From Macrostomum lignano (Eukaryota): DNA of 64,000 nucleotides. The first letter of the stretch is position 1; each line of letters begins with the position of its first letter. The notes beneath the pieces are model-generated. The model saw only the letters and a program-made list of their open reading frames with translations, ran no database searches and had not been told where the DNA came from. The stretch covers positions 124,001 to 188,000 of the forward strand of contig NIVC01001978.1 of the NCBI GenBank assembly GCA_002269645.1, given 5' to 3'. Positions 1 to 27,354 of this stretch are shown piece after piece. The position numbers were made by a program, and so were the translations under genes.

Positions 1-2579
1 GCGCCTTCTCTGGAGCAAGGGGCAAGTCTGATGTCTTGTCGTGCAACTCTGGGGGTAATGGAGATCAACCTTTAGCAGGTATCCAACATCGCCCTCTGGG
101 TCAAACTCATCCCTGATCCATCTCTCAACCTCATTGTTTGGTGGTACAGTGTCAAGCATTGGAACCCACACCATGGCAGTTTGGTGGACAAGGCGTGTCC
201 GTAGAGGTTGTTGGCGTCGATGGGGATAAGATAGGTTTGAGGTTGATGCGAATCATACAGCTCACCGAGTCCGGGATGGTTGGCTTTGGCTCTGTGTGTG
301 TTGACAAATGTCATACCACCACGAGTACCCTCTTCAAATAAGCTGTACAACTCTGGACATTGCAGCAATTCAAGCTCCAATTTACAGTACTTAAGCGCTG
401 CTTCGAAAGACATTCCCGGCGTCGTTATAAAATGCACTGGGTCTAGCCCATCCGAAGTGAGGCTCATTCGACGAAACGCCTCGAACACATCGGCGAGCTG
501 GCGAATGTCCATTTCTAGGTATGCAAGCATGTAGTCGCGCAGTGTCTTACATCCAAACTCTCTCCAGGCACGCTGGGCAGTTGCATAGTCCTGATCATTG
601 CAAGGCTCATTGTTCAAGTCGTTAGCAAAAGCTTCTTGGGATGGGAGCTGTTGCTCATCTAAATTCGAATCACTAGTTACATAGGAATAGGGGAACACCC
701 CCTTTCGCAGTAGGACTTCGGTGGAGGCGAGTGGATATCGCTGCTGCATCTCCATCGTGTAGTGACAGTCTACCGGGGTTAGATTGCGCACTAATTGAGC
801 AAGACTCGACGCCATGAATTGGAAAGAGTCGAGAAAACGCAGACGCATGAATTTTGGCACCAAGCGATCTTTAGATGAGTCATAGACCGACTCAATAGGT
901 ATACGGGCCTCTAGAGTCATGTAACGCTCCTTTGTTTGTGCAATGACACTTAGTTCCCAATGTTTCATACGACCGATCACCGTGCTGCACAACAAGTGTG
1001 AATCATAACCTCGGAAATTGTGAAAAAAGATTGGAAGAAAGTCGCGCTTGAGAACAGCTGACTCATTACACGACGGGCATGCAGCACCCAAAAACTTGCC
1101 ATTGAGATGATCATGATGAAAGTGGCGATCGTCATCAAGAACTTTCTCGCACAAGCAGCAATGAGTGGCAGTCTGGAACTGCTCTTCCTCCTGGACAGAG
1201 CGATTGGCAGGGTAATGACTATGTCGCGCATTCCACTTGTATGCTGCAATGGCGACAGCCTCCAGTACCTGTAGGAAGTGCATCATGCACTCATCCGACT
1301 TTGAAAACAGCTGCATAGGACGTTCGGAGAGTGGAGGCCCAGCTACGTCACTTCTTTGGACAATAAGGAATCCGGCAGCGGCTGGAAGGTGGTGTGCAGT
1401 CTTAAAGGTAACACAGCCATCTAGCTCATCGTCTATGGGGGACATCATTGCTTCAAAATCTGCATAGATGACATGAGGTGGGGAGAGTGTTTTGTGCCAT
1501 GCCTTGAATCGTAGTGTTTTATCCTTTGGCATCACCTCCTCCATGCTATCCTTACGGCCAATGCACCGCCGTCTATGAACGGATAGAGACTCAACCGTCC
1601 GGAACTTGCCTAGACAGCGATCGCACCAACGATATCTATGCGCGTCATGACTGTTCATTAGACGATCTAGGTTAGCAATAGCACACCAATGGTTGCCGGC
1701 ATCAGTGGTAACCAATAGAAGCAGGATCAATCGATGAGGTCGCCATTCGTGAATGAGATCTGCTGGGGCTGGGCGTAAGCACTGGGCATGGCCGTTAGTC
1801 CAGTTGAAGGCCGAGATAGCCAATCCTGGATTGTTCTTTTCCACTCGACCCAGGTCATTCACGTTGGCAGGGAAAGGAACGTTGTCCCAACGGAGTTCGT
1901 CTTCCCACTCCCGGAAAGTGAAGCGTCGCAAAGGCTTCTCACTGCTGACACGGTCTGCGTGCAATGCAGACAGAACGGCATATTTCAGACAGTCGTTCCC
2001 ACTGGAGTAGGCATTGATCACTGCCTTTTTAGCCTTTAGCTTTGGTGGAAGTTCAAATGGGTTGGAACTTATACCTGAGCCATGAGGCAACTGATATCTT
2101 ACAATGGAAAGATCTACGCAGCGAGTGGAGTCAATTGTCCACCCACTGCCATTGCGAAGGTATTTGCTCAGTCGTTCCAAAATAAGTGGGATTTCCCGAA
2201 CAAAGAAATCTTCTTCCTCATCTGAAAGGACTTCGGCCGTTTCACTGGCAAACCAGGCTGTGCTCTGCGCCACAAAGCTGCCACCAGCCCAACGCTGCAT
2301 AGACACGCCGAGTCGGATTTGGACCTTGATAGCAAAGCCTGGTTTCGAACGCAGATCTGCCAGGAGTTCTGTGCCTGAAGCAATGGATGACTCCAGGGCG
2401 TCGATGGGATCGCCGGCAACGATCCGCCGATAGAGTCGCGTCTGGCCGAAAAATGCTTCTTTAATTAATTGGAATTGACATGGTTCATCAGAAAATAAAG
2501 TTGGAATAATTGGGCACACTGAGTAGTGAGCTAATATGTCACCGGGCACTGTCTGACTACAGTATTCACAAAATGTCAT
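1..2579 (-). CDS. Protein-primed family B DNA polymerase (Polinton/Maverick PolB), frameshifted near its 3' end and running off the window
   Basis: The 835-aa ORF 72-2579 has exonuclease motif YADFEA, RFLDSFQFMASSLAQLV, LLRKGVFPYSY, GLDPVHFITTPGMSF, RGGMTFV and polymerase motif A IDANNLYG. It also has an internal CxxC..HxH..CxxCN (endonuclease VII-like) insert and a C2HC-like finger. Homology continues past the ORF stop in shifted frames (EFDPEGDVGYLLKVDLHYP, then ELHDKTSDLPLAPEK). No introns. Confidence 0.92.
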
Positions 2580-2668
2580 GTTTAAAATTTAGAACGCAAA
2601 ATTTAAAGTCTTTAAATAAAACTCTAGGACCGAAAAACTGTGAGCTTTCCTTCCGGCTGTGTGCGAGA

Positions 2669-2675
2669 TTATATA
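2669..2675 (-). promoter_or_regulatory. Candidate TATA box of PolB
   Basis: TATATAA on the minus strand about 90 bp upstream of the PolB ATG, in an AT-rich spacer. Confidence 0.35.
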
Positions 2676-2696
2676 CGACGAGAGTTGGTAAGTAAC

Positions 2697-2897
2697 ACCA
2701 GCTCCCGCTCCATAGCAATAACCAATCCGAACCCGAATCCAACCCCACACAACAGCCCTCTCGCAGGAACTCTCGGCAAATCAGGAGCCCTTCCGGGGAC
2801 CACTCAGCCATTTAGAAACCAGCTCCTGTTCCATAGCAATAACTAATCCGAACCCCAAATCCAACCCCCACACAGCAGCCCTTTCGCAGGAACTCGG
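2697..2897. repeat. Two imperfect ~78-bp direct repeats in the Polinton subterminal region
   Basis: CCAGCTCC..CCATAGCAATAAC.AATCCGAACCC..ATCCAACCCC..CACA.CAGCCCT.TCGCAGGAACTC occurs at about 2698 and 2819. Confidence 0.8.
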
Positions 2898-3182
2898 GCC
2901 TTAACAAAGTCTCAGCCATCAACGTAACAGGAGGTGGCGGGACCTTCTTGCGGCCCTCTGGCCGCCAAGAAGTAGCGTTCTAGGTCTAACGACCTCACGC
3001 TGTACCCGCCACAGCAAGATACAGTACAACCAAAGCATGGAATGAGGGTTTTGCCTTGGCTAGCTTTAAAGGCGGTAAGTGAGACAGGTAATAAGACTTG
3101 GGTTTAGGAATTAGGAGGGGGGAATTGGTTTTGGTTAGGGTACAGGATAGAAGGACCTTGCTACATGGGATGGGGCAAGGCG

Positions 3183-3522
3183 TAGGATAGGAGGGGGCCT
3201 TGGTATGGGATGCATGGGGTGCAGGACAGGAGGGGGTCTTGGTATGGGATGCACGGGGTGCAGGACAGGAGGGGTGTAGGACAGGAGGGGTTCTTGGTAT
3301 GGGATGCATGGGGTGCAGGACAGGAGGGGTGTAGGACAGGAGGGGGTCTTGGTATGGGATGCATGGGGTGCAGGACAGGAGGGGGTCTTGGTATGGGATG
3401 CACGGGGTGCAGGACAGGAGGGGGTCTTGGTATGGGATGCACGGGGTGCAGGACAGGAGGGGGTCTTGGTATGGGATGCACGGGGTGCAGGACAGGAGGG
3501 GTGTAGGACAGGAGGGGGCCTG
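3183..3522. repeat. 39-bp tandem repeat inside the Polinton terminal arm
   Basis: Unit GGTATGGGATGCACGGGGTGCAGGACAGGAGGGGGTCTT, about 7-8 copies, some with an extra GGGTGTAGGACAGGAG. Confidence 0.9.
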
Positions 3523-3724
3523 GTTTGGGGTCGGGGGTGGGTGCGTGGGTTTGGGGTCGGGATTGGGTGCGTGGCGGTGGTGGGTTTGGGGTCGGGGTGG
3601 GTTTGGGGGTCGGGGTGGGTTTGGCGTCGGGGTGGGCGTCTTCGGGGCGCCCTCTCCCCTCATTGGCCGGGTGCCCCGGCCAATCCCGTGCGATGGCGGT
3701 AGAGGGTACCACTTTCCTACTACT

Positions 3725-4680
3725 CCGCCCCTTTCTCCTTCATTTACTCTGATCTCCGCCCCAATTCCTCCCTCATTCACTCTGATCTCCGCCCCAATTT
3801 CTCCCTCATTCACTCTGATCTCCACCCCAATTCCTCCCTCATTCACTCTGATCTCCGCCCCAATTCCTCTCTCATTCACTCTGATCTCCGCCCCAATTCC
3901 TCCCTCATTCACTCTGATCTCCGCCCCCAATTCCTCCCTCATTCACTCTGATCTCCACTCCTATAATTCCTCCCTCTTCACTCTGATCTCCGCCCCTTTC
4001 TCCTTCATTCACTCTGATCTCCACCCCCAATTCCTCCCTCATTCACTCTGATCTCCGCCCCTTTCTGCTTCATTCACTCTGATCTCCGCCCACAATTCCT
4101 CCCTCATTCACTCTGATCTCCACCCCTTTCTGCTTCATTCACTCTGATCTCCACCCCCAATTCCTCCCTCATTCACTCTGATCTCCGCCCTTTCTGCTTC
4201 ATTCACTCTGATCTCCGCCCCAATTCCTCCTTCATTCACTCTGATCTCCGGCCCTTTTTCCTTCATTCACTCTGATCTCCGCCCCAATTCCTCCTTCATT
4301 CACTCTGATCTCCGGCCCTTTCTCCTTCATTTACTCTGATCTCCACTCCTATAATTCCTCCCTCTTCACTCTGATCTCCGCCCCTTTCTCCTTCATTCAC
4401 TCTGATCTCCACCCCCAATTCCTCCCTCATTCACTCTGATCTCCACCCCCAATTCCTCCCTCATTCACTCTGATCTCCGCCCCAATTCCTCCTTCATTCA
4501 CTCTGATCTCCGGCCCTTTCTCCTTCATTTACTCTGATCTCCACTCCTATAATTCCTCCCTCTTCACTCTGATCTCCGCCCCTTTCTCCTTCATTCACTC
4601 TGATCTCCACCCCCAATTCCTCCCTCATTCACTCTGATCTCCACCCCTAATTCCTCCCTCATTCACTCTGATCTCCACTC
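3725..4680. repeat. ~33-bp minisatellite (Polinton insertion site)
   Basis: Unit CATTCACTCTGATCTCCGCCCCAATTCCTCCCT, about 29 copies. Confidence 0.95.
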
Positions 4681-4985
4681 TTCTAACCTCATCATAAAAA
4701 TCAAGTCCAATCGCAGTACCAAGTGTTAAATTTGATGCTCAATGTGTTTAATGAAGTTACGGAACATTTTAGCACTGGCTATATATAGTGCAACATTATA
4801 TTACAGTATAGTTTATTGAAATTAAAATCTAAAACTATCATGGTCAATCGCGGAAGCTAGTAAACAAAAGGTAAACAAAAGTTTACAGTAAATCAAACTT
4901 TATAAAATTTCTAAATCATTCAATTGAAATTTGAATTAGCTTTACTTTCAGTAGTTTCAGTAAAGGGGTCGTATCTGATGCAGAT

Positions 4986-20401
<15,416 letters not shown>

Positions 20402-20989
20402 ACTAGGCTTGTCCTCGAATCGTCAAGATTAAAAAAAGCAGACTGTTCAATCCTAACAGGTCAAATTTTAGGCTCTCTATGCTAGCGAAGCATTTTTTTA
20501 TCGATTATAAGAAAGTCAGACGACTGTTAAGTGACCAAGTTTTTATAGATATTTTTTCTCTTCACCCTGGATTCCTGTCCTCCTAGCTAGCTATGCTGCA
20601 CTGCATTGGGTCCTAATTTTAATAAAACGATAAGACCCAGTTAAGATTCGTTAAAAATAAGATTTCTAATGACATTTTTGCACGTACCTGTATGTACAAG
20701 ATTTGTGTAGAAAAATATATTTAAACATGTTAATTGTCTACTGTAAGTAGCCAGCGCATTTTACGAGCTATGTCACAATAGAGTTTTGATTTAAATGATA
20801 TTTTTTAAAAAATAAAACAACTTCAAAAACATTATAAACGTTCACAAAGCCGAAAACCAATAGTGTGTGAATGGATTAGATACGGATGCGATGACTTGTC
20901 ACTGAAAGTGAAGCGAAGTTGCACAGTCCATCAAATGACTCTCTCGATTTTCTGAAATCTCTACCGTTCTCAAAATAACTTCAATGCCT

Positions 20990-21520
20990 GCCCCAACCCC
21001 CATTTTTACACCCCGTGGCACCAAACTCACTCCTTGCCTCAACCCCCTCAGTTTCTACCCCCGTGGAAGCCACCTCACTCTCTGCCTCAACCCCTCAACT
21101 TCTACCCCTCGTGGCAGCCACCCCACTCCCTGCGTCAAACCCCTCAATTTCTACCCCCCGTGGCAGCCACCTTACTCCCTACCTCAAAGCCCTCAGTTTC
21201 TACCCCCGTGGCAGCCACCTCACTCCCTGCCTCAAACCCCTCAATTTCTACCCCCCCCCCGTGGAAGCCACCTCAATCTCTGCCTCAACCCCTCAACTTC
21301 TACCCCTCGTGGCAGCCACCCCACTCCCTGCGTCAAACCCCTCAATTTCTACCCCCGTGGCAGCCACCTCACTCCCTGCGTCAAACCCCTCAATTTTTAC
21401 CCCGTGGCAGCCACCCCACTCCCTGCGTCAAACCCCTCAATTTCTACCCCCCCCGTGGCAGCCACCTCACTGCGTCAAACCCCTTAATTCCAACCCCCTT
21501 GTGGCAGCCACCTCACCCCT
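20990..21520. repeat. ~47-bp C-rich minisatellite between the PINCH and claudin-like genes
   Basis: Unit CCCCGTGGCAGCCACCTCACTCCCTGCGTCAAACCCCTCAATTTCTA. Confidence 0.92.
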
Positions 21521-21555
21521 CGATAATTCCAACCAATCGAGCTTCAAGAGCAATC

Positions 21556-24500
21556 CTACGCCATCAAGGGCCTGCCTATTCCACGGTCGGTCTCCTCTCT
21601 ACAGCAGGCGCAGCAGCAGCAGAACTTGGCGCAGGGCAGCGGCCTGCTTGACTCTCGAACCAGCAAATCCAGCATCATGCAGAACGCGGCCAGACACTGC
21701 AACCCGGACGTGGCCCAGCCCAGAAAATATCCGTAGCCATAAACAATCGAATGCAGTAGAAATCTTTGCAGCGAATAAGGATAAATTACAGCCGAAATGG
21801 TGGACAGCATGGCTGTAATACGTGTATGTGATAACGATACAGTCTTGAACCAACATTGAAAAATCTTAATACAGTTAGATCTATGAGTGCTCACCGCATA
21901 CGAAGAAAATTTCTCCGGAGGAATGAAAGTAGTAAATCTTTCTTGGCAGGTAGCTGACCCAGAATCCACACAGGGCTACGACCGAACCAATGACAGTTAA
22001 AAGTACCGAGGAAACCAGTAGGAAGGCCACCGACTTTTGCCAGTCTGCAAGTTTTTTGTCAAATATGATTGTTAGAGAGTGCTTAATATGTCCTATCTTC
22101 AGCTGTATTGATTCTATCTTGAACTGATTGCGTCACTGTCTTGAACTGATTGCATCGTCACTGTCTTGAACTGATTCCGTCACTATCTTGAAACGATTGC
22201 GTCACTGTCTTGAACTGATTGCGTCACTGTCTTGAACTGATTGCGTCACTGTCTTGAACTGATTGCGTCACTGTCTTGAACTAGCTTTTCAAACTGGACC
22301 AAAACTTTCAAACCAAAGCGGCAGCTACTCACCAGAAGCATCGCTGTTTGTGGTTGGCAAATCGAACGCACTGATACAGGTGTCGTTTGCCGTAAAGCAC
22401 GTGTCCCAGAGTCCCGATGCCGCCAAAGTGACATTGTCTACAGATATTTTTTGTAAAAAAATTGCACTTAGACTCTTCAAAATTTGGATGCTTTATAGAA
22501 TGCAGGAACTTATGACCTGAGATGACAGTCTCTACGACCTGAGATGACAGTCTCGATGATCTGAGAAGACAGTCTCTATGACCTGAGATGACGGTCTCTA
22601 TGACCTGAGATGACTGTCTCCATGACCTAAAATGACTATATCTATGACCTGAGATGACAGTCTCTATGACCTGAGATGACAGTCTCCATGACCTGAGATG
22701 ACAGTCTCCATGACCTGAGATGACAGTCTCAATGACCTGAGATGACAGTCTCTATGACCTGAGATGACAGTCTCTATGACCTGAGATGACAGTCTCCATG
22801 ACCTGAGATGACAGTCTCCATGACCTGAGATGACAGTCTCTATGACCTGAGATGACAGTCTCTATGACCTGAGATGACAGTCTCTATGAACTGAGATGAC
22901 AGTCTCTATGACCTGAGATGACAGTCTCCATGACCTGAGATGACAGTCTCTATGAACTGAGATGACAGTCTCTATGACCTGAGATAACTGTCTCTATGAC
23001 CTGATATGACAGTCTTTATGACCTGAGATGACAGTCTCCATGACCTGAGATGCTCACCCGACATCCGGTGGGTCGACCAGGCCCGACAGCTCACTGAGGT
23101 AACGCCGACAACCAAAGCGGCACCAACGCACAGCATGGCAACTATGCGAGCCCTATTAAACACCGGATGCTGCCAGAAGGCCAACAGGCGGCTCCACTGG
23201 TTCATCGTCAAGTCCGTCTCCGTCACCTGGTGTCGACCTCGACGACGCTGGCCTCCCCTCTGTGCCGGTTGCATCGGCTGCTGTCGCTGGCGCGGCGGTG
23301 GCAGTGTCGAAGGGAGCAGCGATTCCCCACCGTAGCCGTCGCCTGTAGCAACCAAGGGATCGCTGTTGGGCCGACCGTTAAGCGGAGGTGGCAGCTCTCG
23401 AATAGCCGTGATTGAGTCGCGAGCTTTACGCTGACTTTGGCGAACAATCTGTAACATGTTTAGCAGAGTGAGCGAAAACCCGCTTAACTTAACACTTGCT
23501 CCCTGCGGACTAACCGCAGCCAATACTACTTAACTTGCCGTACTGTCAGCGTTGAAAAACGTTGTCAGCGGTATAAAAAAAACTGTTTACTGTTATCTGC
23601 TATCATTTACTGTTATCTATTGTATCTACTGTTATCTACTGTTATCTACTGCTATTTACTGTTATCTACTGCATCTACTGTTATCTACTGTTATCTACTG
23701 TTATCTACTGCATCTACTGTTATCTACTGTTATCTACTGTTATCTACTGTTATCTACTGCATCTACTGCTATCTACTGTTATCTACTGTATCTACTGCTA
23801 TCTACTGTTATCTACTGCATCTACTGCTATCTACTGTTATCTACTGTATCTACTGTTATCTACTGTTATCTACTGCATCTACTGCTATCTACTGTTATCT
23901 ACTGTTATCTACTGTTATCTACTGTTATCTACTGCTATCTACTGTTATCTACTGCATCTACTGTTATCTACTGTTATCTACTGTTATCTACTGCATCTAC
24001 TGTTATCTACTGTTATCTACTGTTATCTACTGTTATCTACTGCATCTACTGCTATCTACTGTTATCTACTGTTATCTACTGTTATCTACTGTTATCTACT
24101 GCATCTACTGCTATCTACTGTTATCTACTGTATCTACTGTTATCTACTGTTATCTACTGTATCTACTGTTACCTACTGTATCTACTGTTAGCCACTGTTA
24201 TCTACTGTTATCTACTGTATCTACTGCTATCCACTGTCATCTACTGTTATCCACTGTTATCCACTGTCATCTACTGTTATCCACTGTTAGCCACTGTTAT
24301 CAACTGTTATCTATTGTTATCAACTGTTATCTATTGTTATCTACTGTTATGTATTATAATGTACAGTAGTTTCCAGTAATCTAATATAAACTGATGTTAT
24401 ATAATATTGTAGTTTGGTGTTTTGTATTACTAGCTACTGCTTTATGCTGTCATCGCCTGCCATTTACAGCACTGCACTGGACTGTTTTCTACTAAAATAT

Positions 24501-24810
24501 AGATAGCAAACTATTATTGTAAGCCTCAATTACTTCCAATATCCCAACGCCATACCGAAGCTCTTCTCTCTCGCGACCACCGCAACCACGCGGAATTCCC
24601 GTTGACGAGACCGGCGCCAACCTCCTCCTGGCGCCAAGCCTGCGGCCTCACCGACGGCTCCACGTAGGTTCTCGGCAGGCGGGCCTGACCGGCTGCCGAG
24701 CTGCTGCTGGCTGACGGTGCGGCAAGGGTGAAGTTGCCACCGCCAGGACTGGTGGATGCGAAGAACCCCGGCGGAGGTCCAGAACCGTTTGCTGCCGTTG
24801 GCCTCTGCAT
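21556..24810 (-). CDS. Claudin/PMP22-superfamily tetraspan membrane protein (TMEM47/VAB-9-like), 5 coding exons
   Basis: Exons (minus): 24810-24652, 23448-23058, 22437-22333, 22044-21895, 21812-21556, all GT-AG and phase-compatible. Four hydrophobic segments. First loop has W..GLWDTC..C, followed by DWQ, IYP and YGYGYFLGW, and a Cys-rich tail (CCCCACC). A probable 5'UTR exon donor lies at about 25410. Confidence 0.85.
22123..22281. repeat. 22-bp intronic minisatellite
   Basis: Unit CGTCACTGTCTTGAACTGATTG. Confidence 0.9.
22511..23052. repeat. 22-bp intronic minisatellite
   Basis: Unit ATGACCTGAGATGACAGTCTC(T/C), about 24 copies, starting within 10 bp of the exon donor. Confidence 0.95.
23585..24350. 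repeat. 10-bp-based intronic repeat
   Basis: Unit ATCTACTGTT with ATCTACTGC/ATCTACTGCT variants. Confidence 0.95.
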
Positions 24811-24813
24811 TGC

Positions 24814-25397
<584 letters not shown>

Positions 25398-26104
25398 AGG
25401 AGCGCTCACCTTAGAGCTCCTGTACGACTTTAATCCGACTGCAGCTTATTCAGCAATTACCAATCAAAGCTAAAATTTGAAGTTTTTGAGCAGCAGACGG
25501 AGCTCCAGAAATCGCCATGCAAGTCTCGCCGAAGAGTCGCCCTCCCAATATTAAAAGCTTCCTTTTTTGAACTGCTAGTCAGCCACTGCTTGAGACTGTC
25601 TCTGTCCGGGACGGATTAGCAGGCTTCTGAGAGATCAGAAAAGGGACCAAAGCAAAAATTCTTCCCTCTGTTTGCCTCCCCTCTCCCCCTCTCCAAGTTC
25701 AGCCGCTGTCCCGCTTGATTTCATTCTCTGCTCACCCCCGCTCACCCTTGAGCCTCACCAGCCAACTGGGACACGGCTCAGCGACATTCACTTAATATCG
25801 ATTATTGGCGATCAGAAAGAGGGGCTGTATGTGGTAAAATCGATCAAGGATATGCACGCGCTTTAGCTTGAAAACCATGTGTCCGGGTGTACCGTATACT
25901 TGGGGGGATTAGAAAATGGGGGTGGGAAAGAAGTACTGAGAACAGTGAACAGTCAACGCCTAATACTCGATACGTTTTCATGGATCAAATAATACTGTAG
26001 ACGAGGGAAAATAAGAGGTTAGAATGGAAACGTTTCTACTCGTAAAGGCTTAAAAATAAGCATTGATTATGTTGAAACAAGTTTTCTGCAATTTGTGTAA
26101 CAAT

Positions 26105-26558
26105 AGATACAGACATATACAGAGTATAGACAGGTATAGAACAGTAGAGACAGGTATAGACAAGTAAAGACAGGTATAGAAGAGTACGGACAGGTATAGA
26201 TGAGTACGGACAGGTATAGATAAGTAAAGACAGGTATAGAAGAGTACGGACAGGTATAGATGAGTACAGACAGGTATAGAAGAGTACAACAGGTACAGAA
26301 GAGTACGGACAGGTATAGTAGAGTACGGACAGGTATAGAAGAGTACAGACAGGTATAGAAGAGTACAGACAGGTATAGATGAGTACAGACAGGTATAGTA
26401 GAGTACAGACAGGTATAGATGAGTAGAGACAGGTATAGAAGAGTACAGACAGGTATAGAAGAGTACGGACAGGTATAGTAGAGTACAGACAGGTATAGAT
26501 GAGTAGAGACAGGTATAGAGGAGTAGTGATAGGTATAGAGGAGTAGGAGTAGAGACAG
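26105..26558. repeat. 20-bp minisatellite (same family as 41625-42568)
   Basis: Unit GACAGGTATAGAAGAGTACA, about 22 copies. Confidence 0.93.
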
Positions 26559-27354
26559 GGTGTTCCTTCATCCGCTTTGCACAGCTCGTTAAGTCGAGCA
26601 TGGATTACGCATAATCTTTCACTCACCTGTTCATCATAAAAAATTCACCGGGAAGAATTGAATGCTTAGTCACGAGCAAGCGTGTTATTAGGCGAATAAC
26701 AATAAGTATATCCTAAATTATAATTGAGCGGGAACTGCAATGAAGGAAGCTCAGTCTCTAATAACACCCCCCTACTGAGACTTCAAACCGGAATCAGATG
26801 GCTTCTTTGGAAAGGGAAGAAAGAAATAAGAAACAGAAAGATTAGTGTGTTTCGTTGTTTAAATACACTTATTATTGTCACTTATTATCCAAATAAGGAA
26901 ATGCATAAGAAGAAACTCGGGGTAAATTTCATGGCGCCACCCTTGTACAAAGCTGGCCAACTGATTACAAACTAAATAATTATTCTTTATCTTTTGTCTA
27001 GATTATTTCTGTGATCTGTGATGGGCAGCTGGCAGCTGCTGTTTGTTTATCTGGAATTAGTCTAAAGCCTTCTTTCCTAATACTCTTAATTCCTTAGGCT
27101 GGGTTGGTTGGCTGACGATGTGAGGAAGGCCTGTCTGTCAGTTCCGTGGGGTTTGGTGCGGGAAGAAAATATCGATCGATCGGATGTGTCCTTTAACTTT
27201 CGTACGCGAAGAAACCCCCGCCAACCCCTCAACCCCGAAGCCCGAACCCCCCAAAGCCTTAGTGCGAAGAGCCACCCCAAACCCAAAGCCTAGACCCCCC
27301 AGTCCCGGCCTGCAGTGACCAATCGAAAGCCAGCAAAGCAAGCAAGCAGGATTA

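Larger units (their letters stand above)
1..3724 (-). mobile_element. Polinton/Maverick element, one terminus (terminal arm about 2690-3724 plus PolB)
   Basis: The minus strand from 3724 reads AGTAGTAGGAAAGTGGTACCCTCTACC, matching the AGT-repeat terminus known for Polintons. An intronless pPolB lies directly inward, and the flanking 33-bp minisatellite starts exactly at 3725. The other terminus is outside the window. Confidence 0.8.

Noticed and set aside
2995-4051. Long ORFs (315, 230, 183 aa) over the Polinton arm
   Set aside because: They arise from 39-bp and 33-bp repeats (multiples of 3) and cross the element/host junction; there is no domain signal.
21520-21740. Plus-strand Gln-rich reading frame (IELQEQSYAIKGLPIP...)
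   Set aside because: It is the antisense shadow of the last exon of the claudin-like gene.
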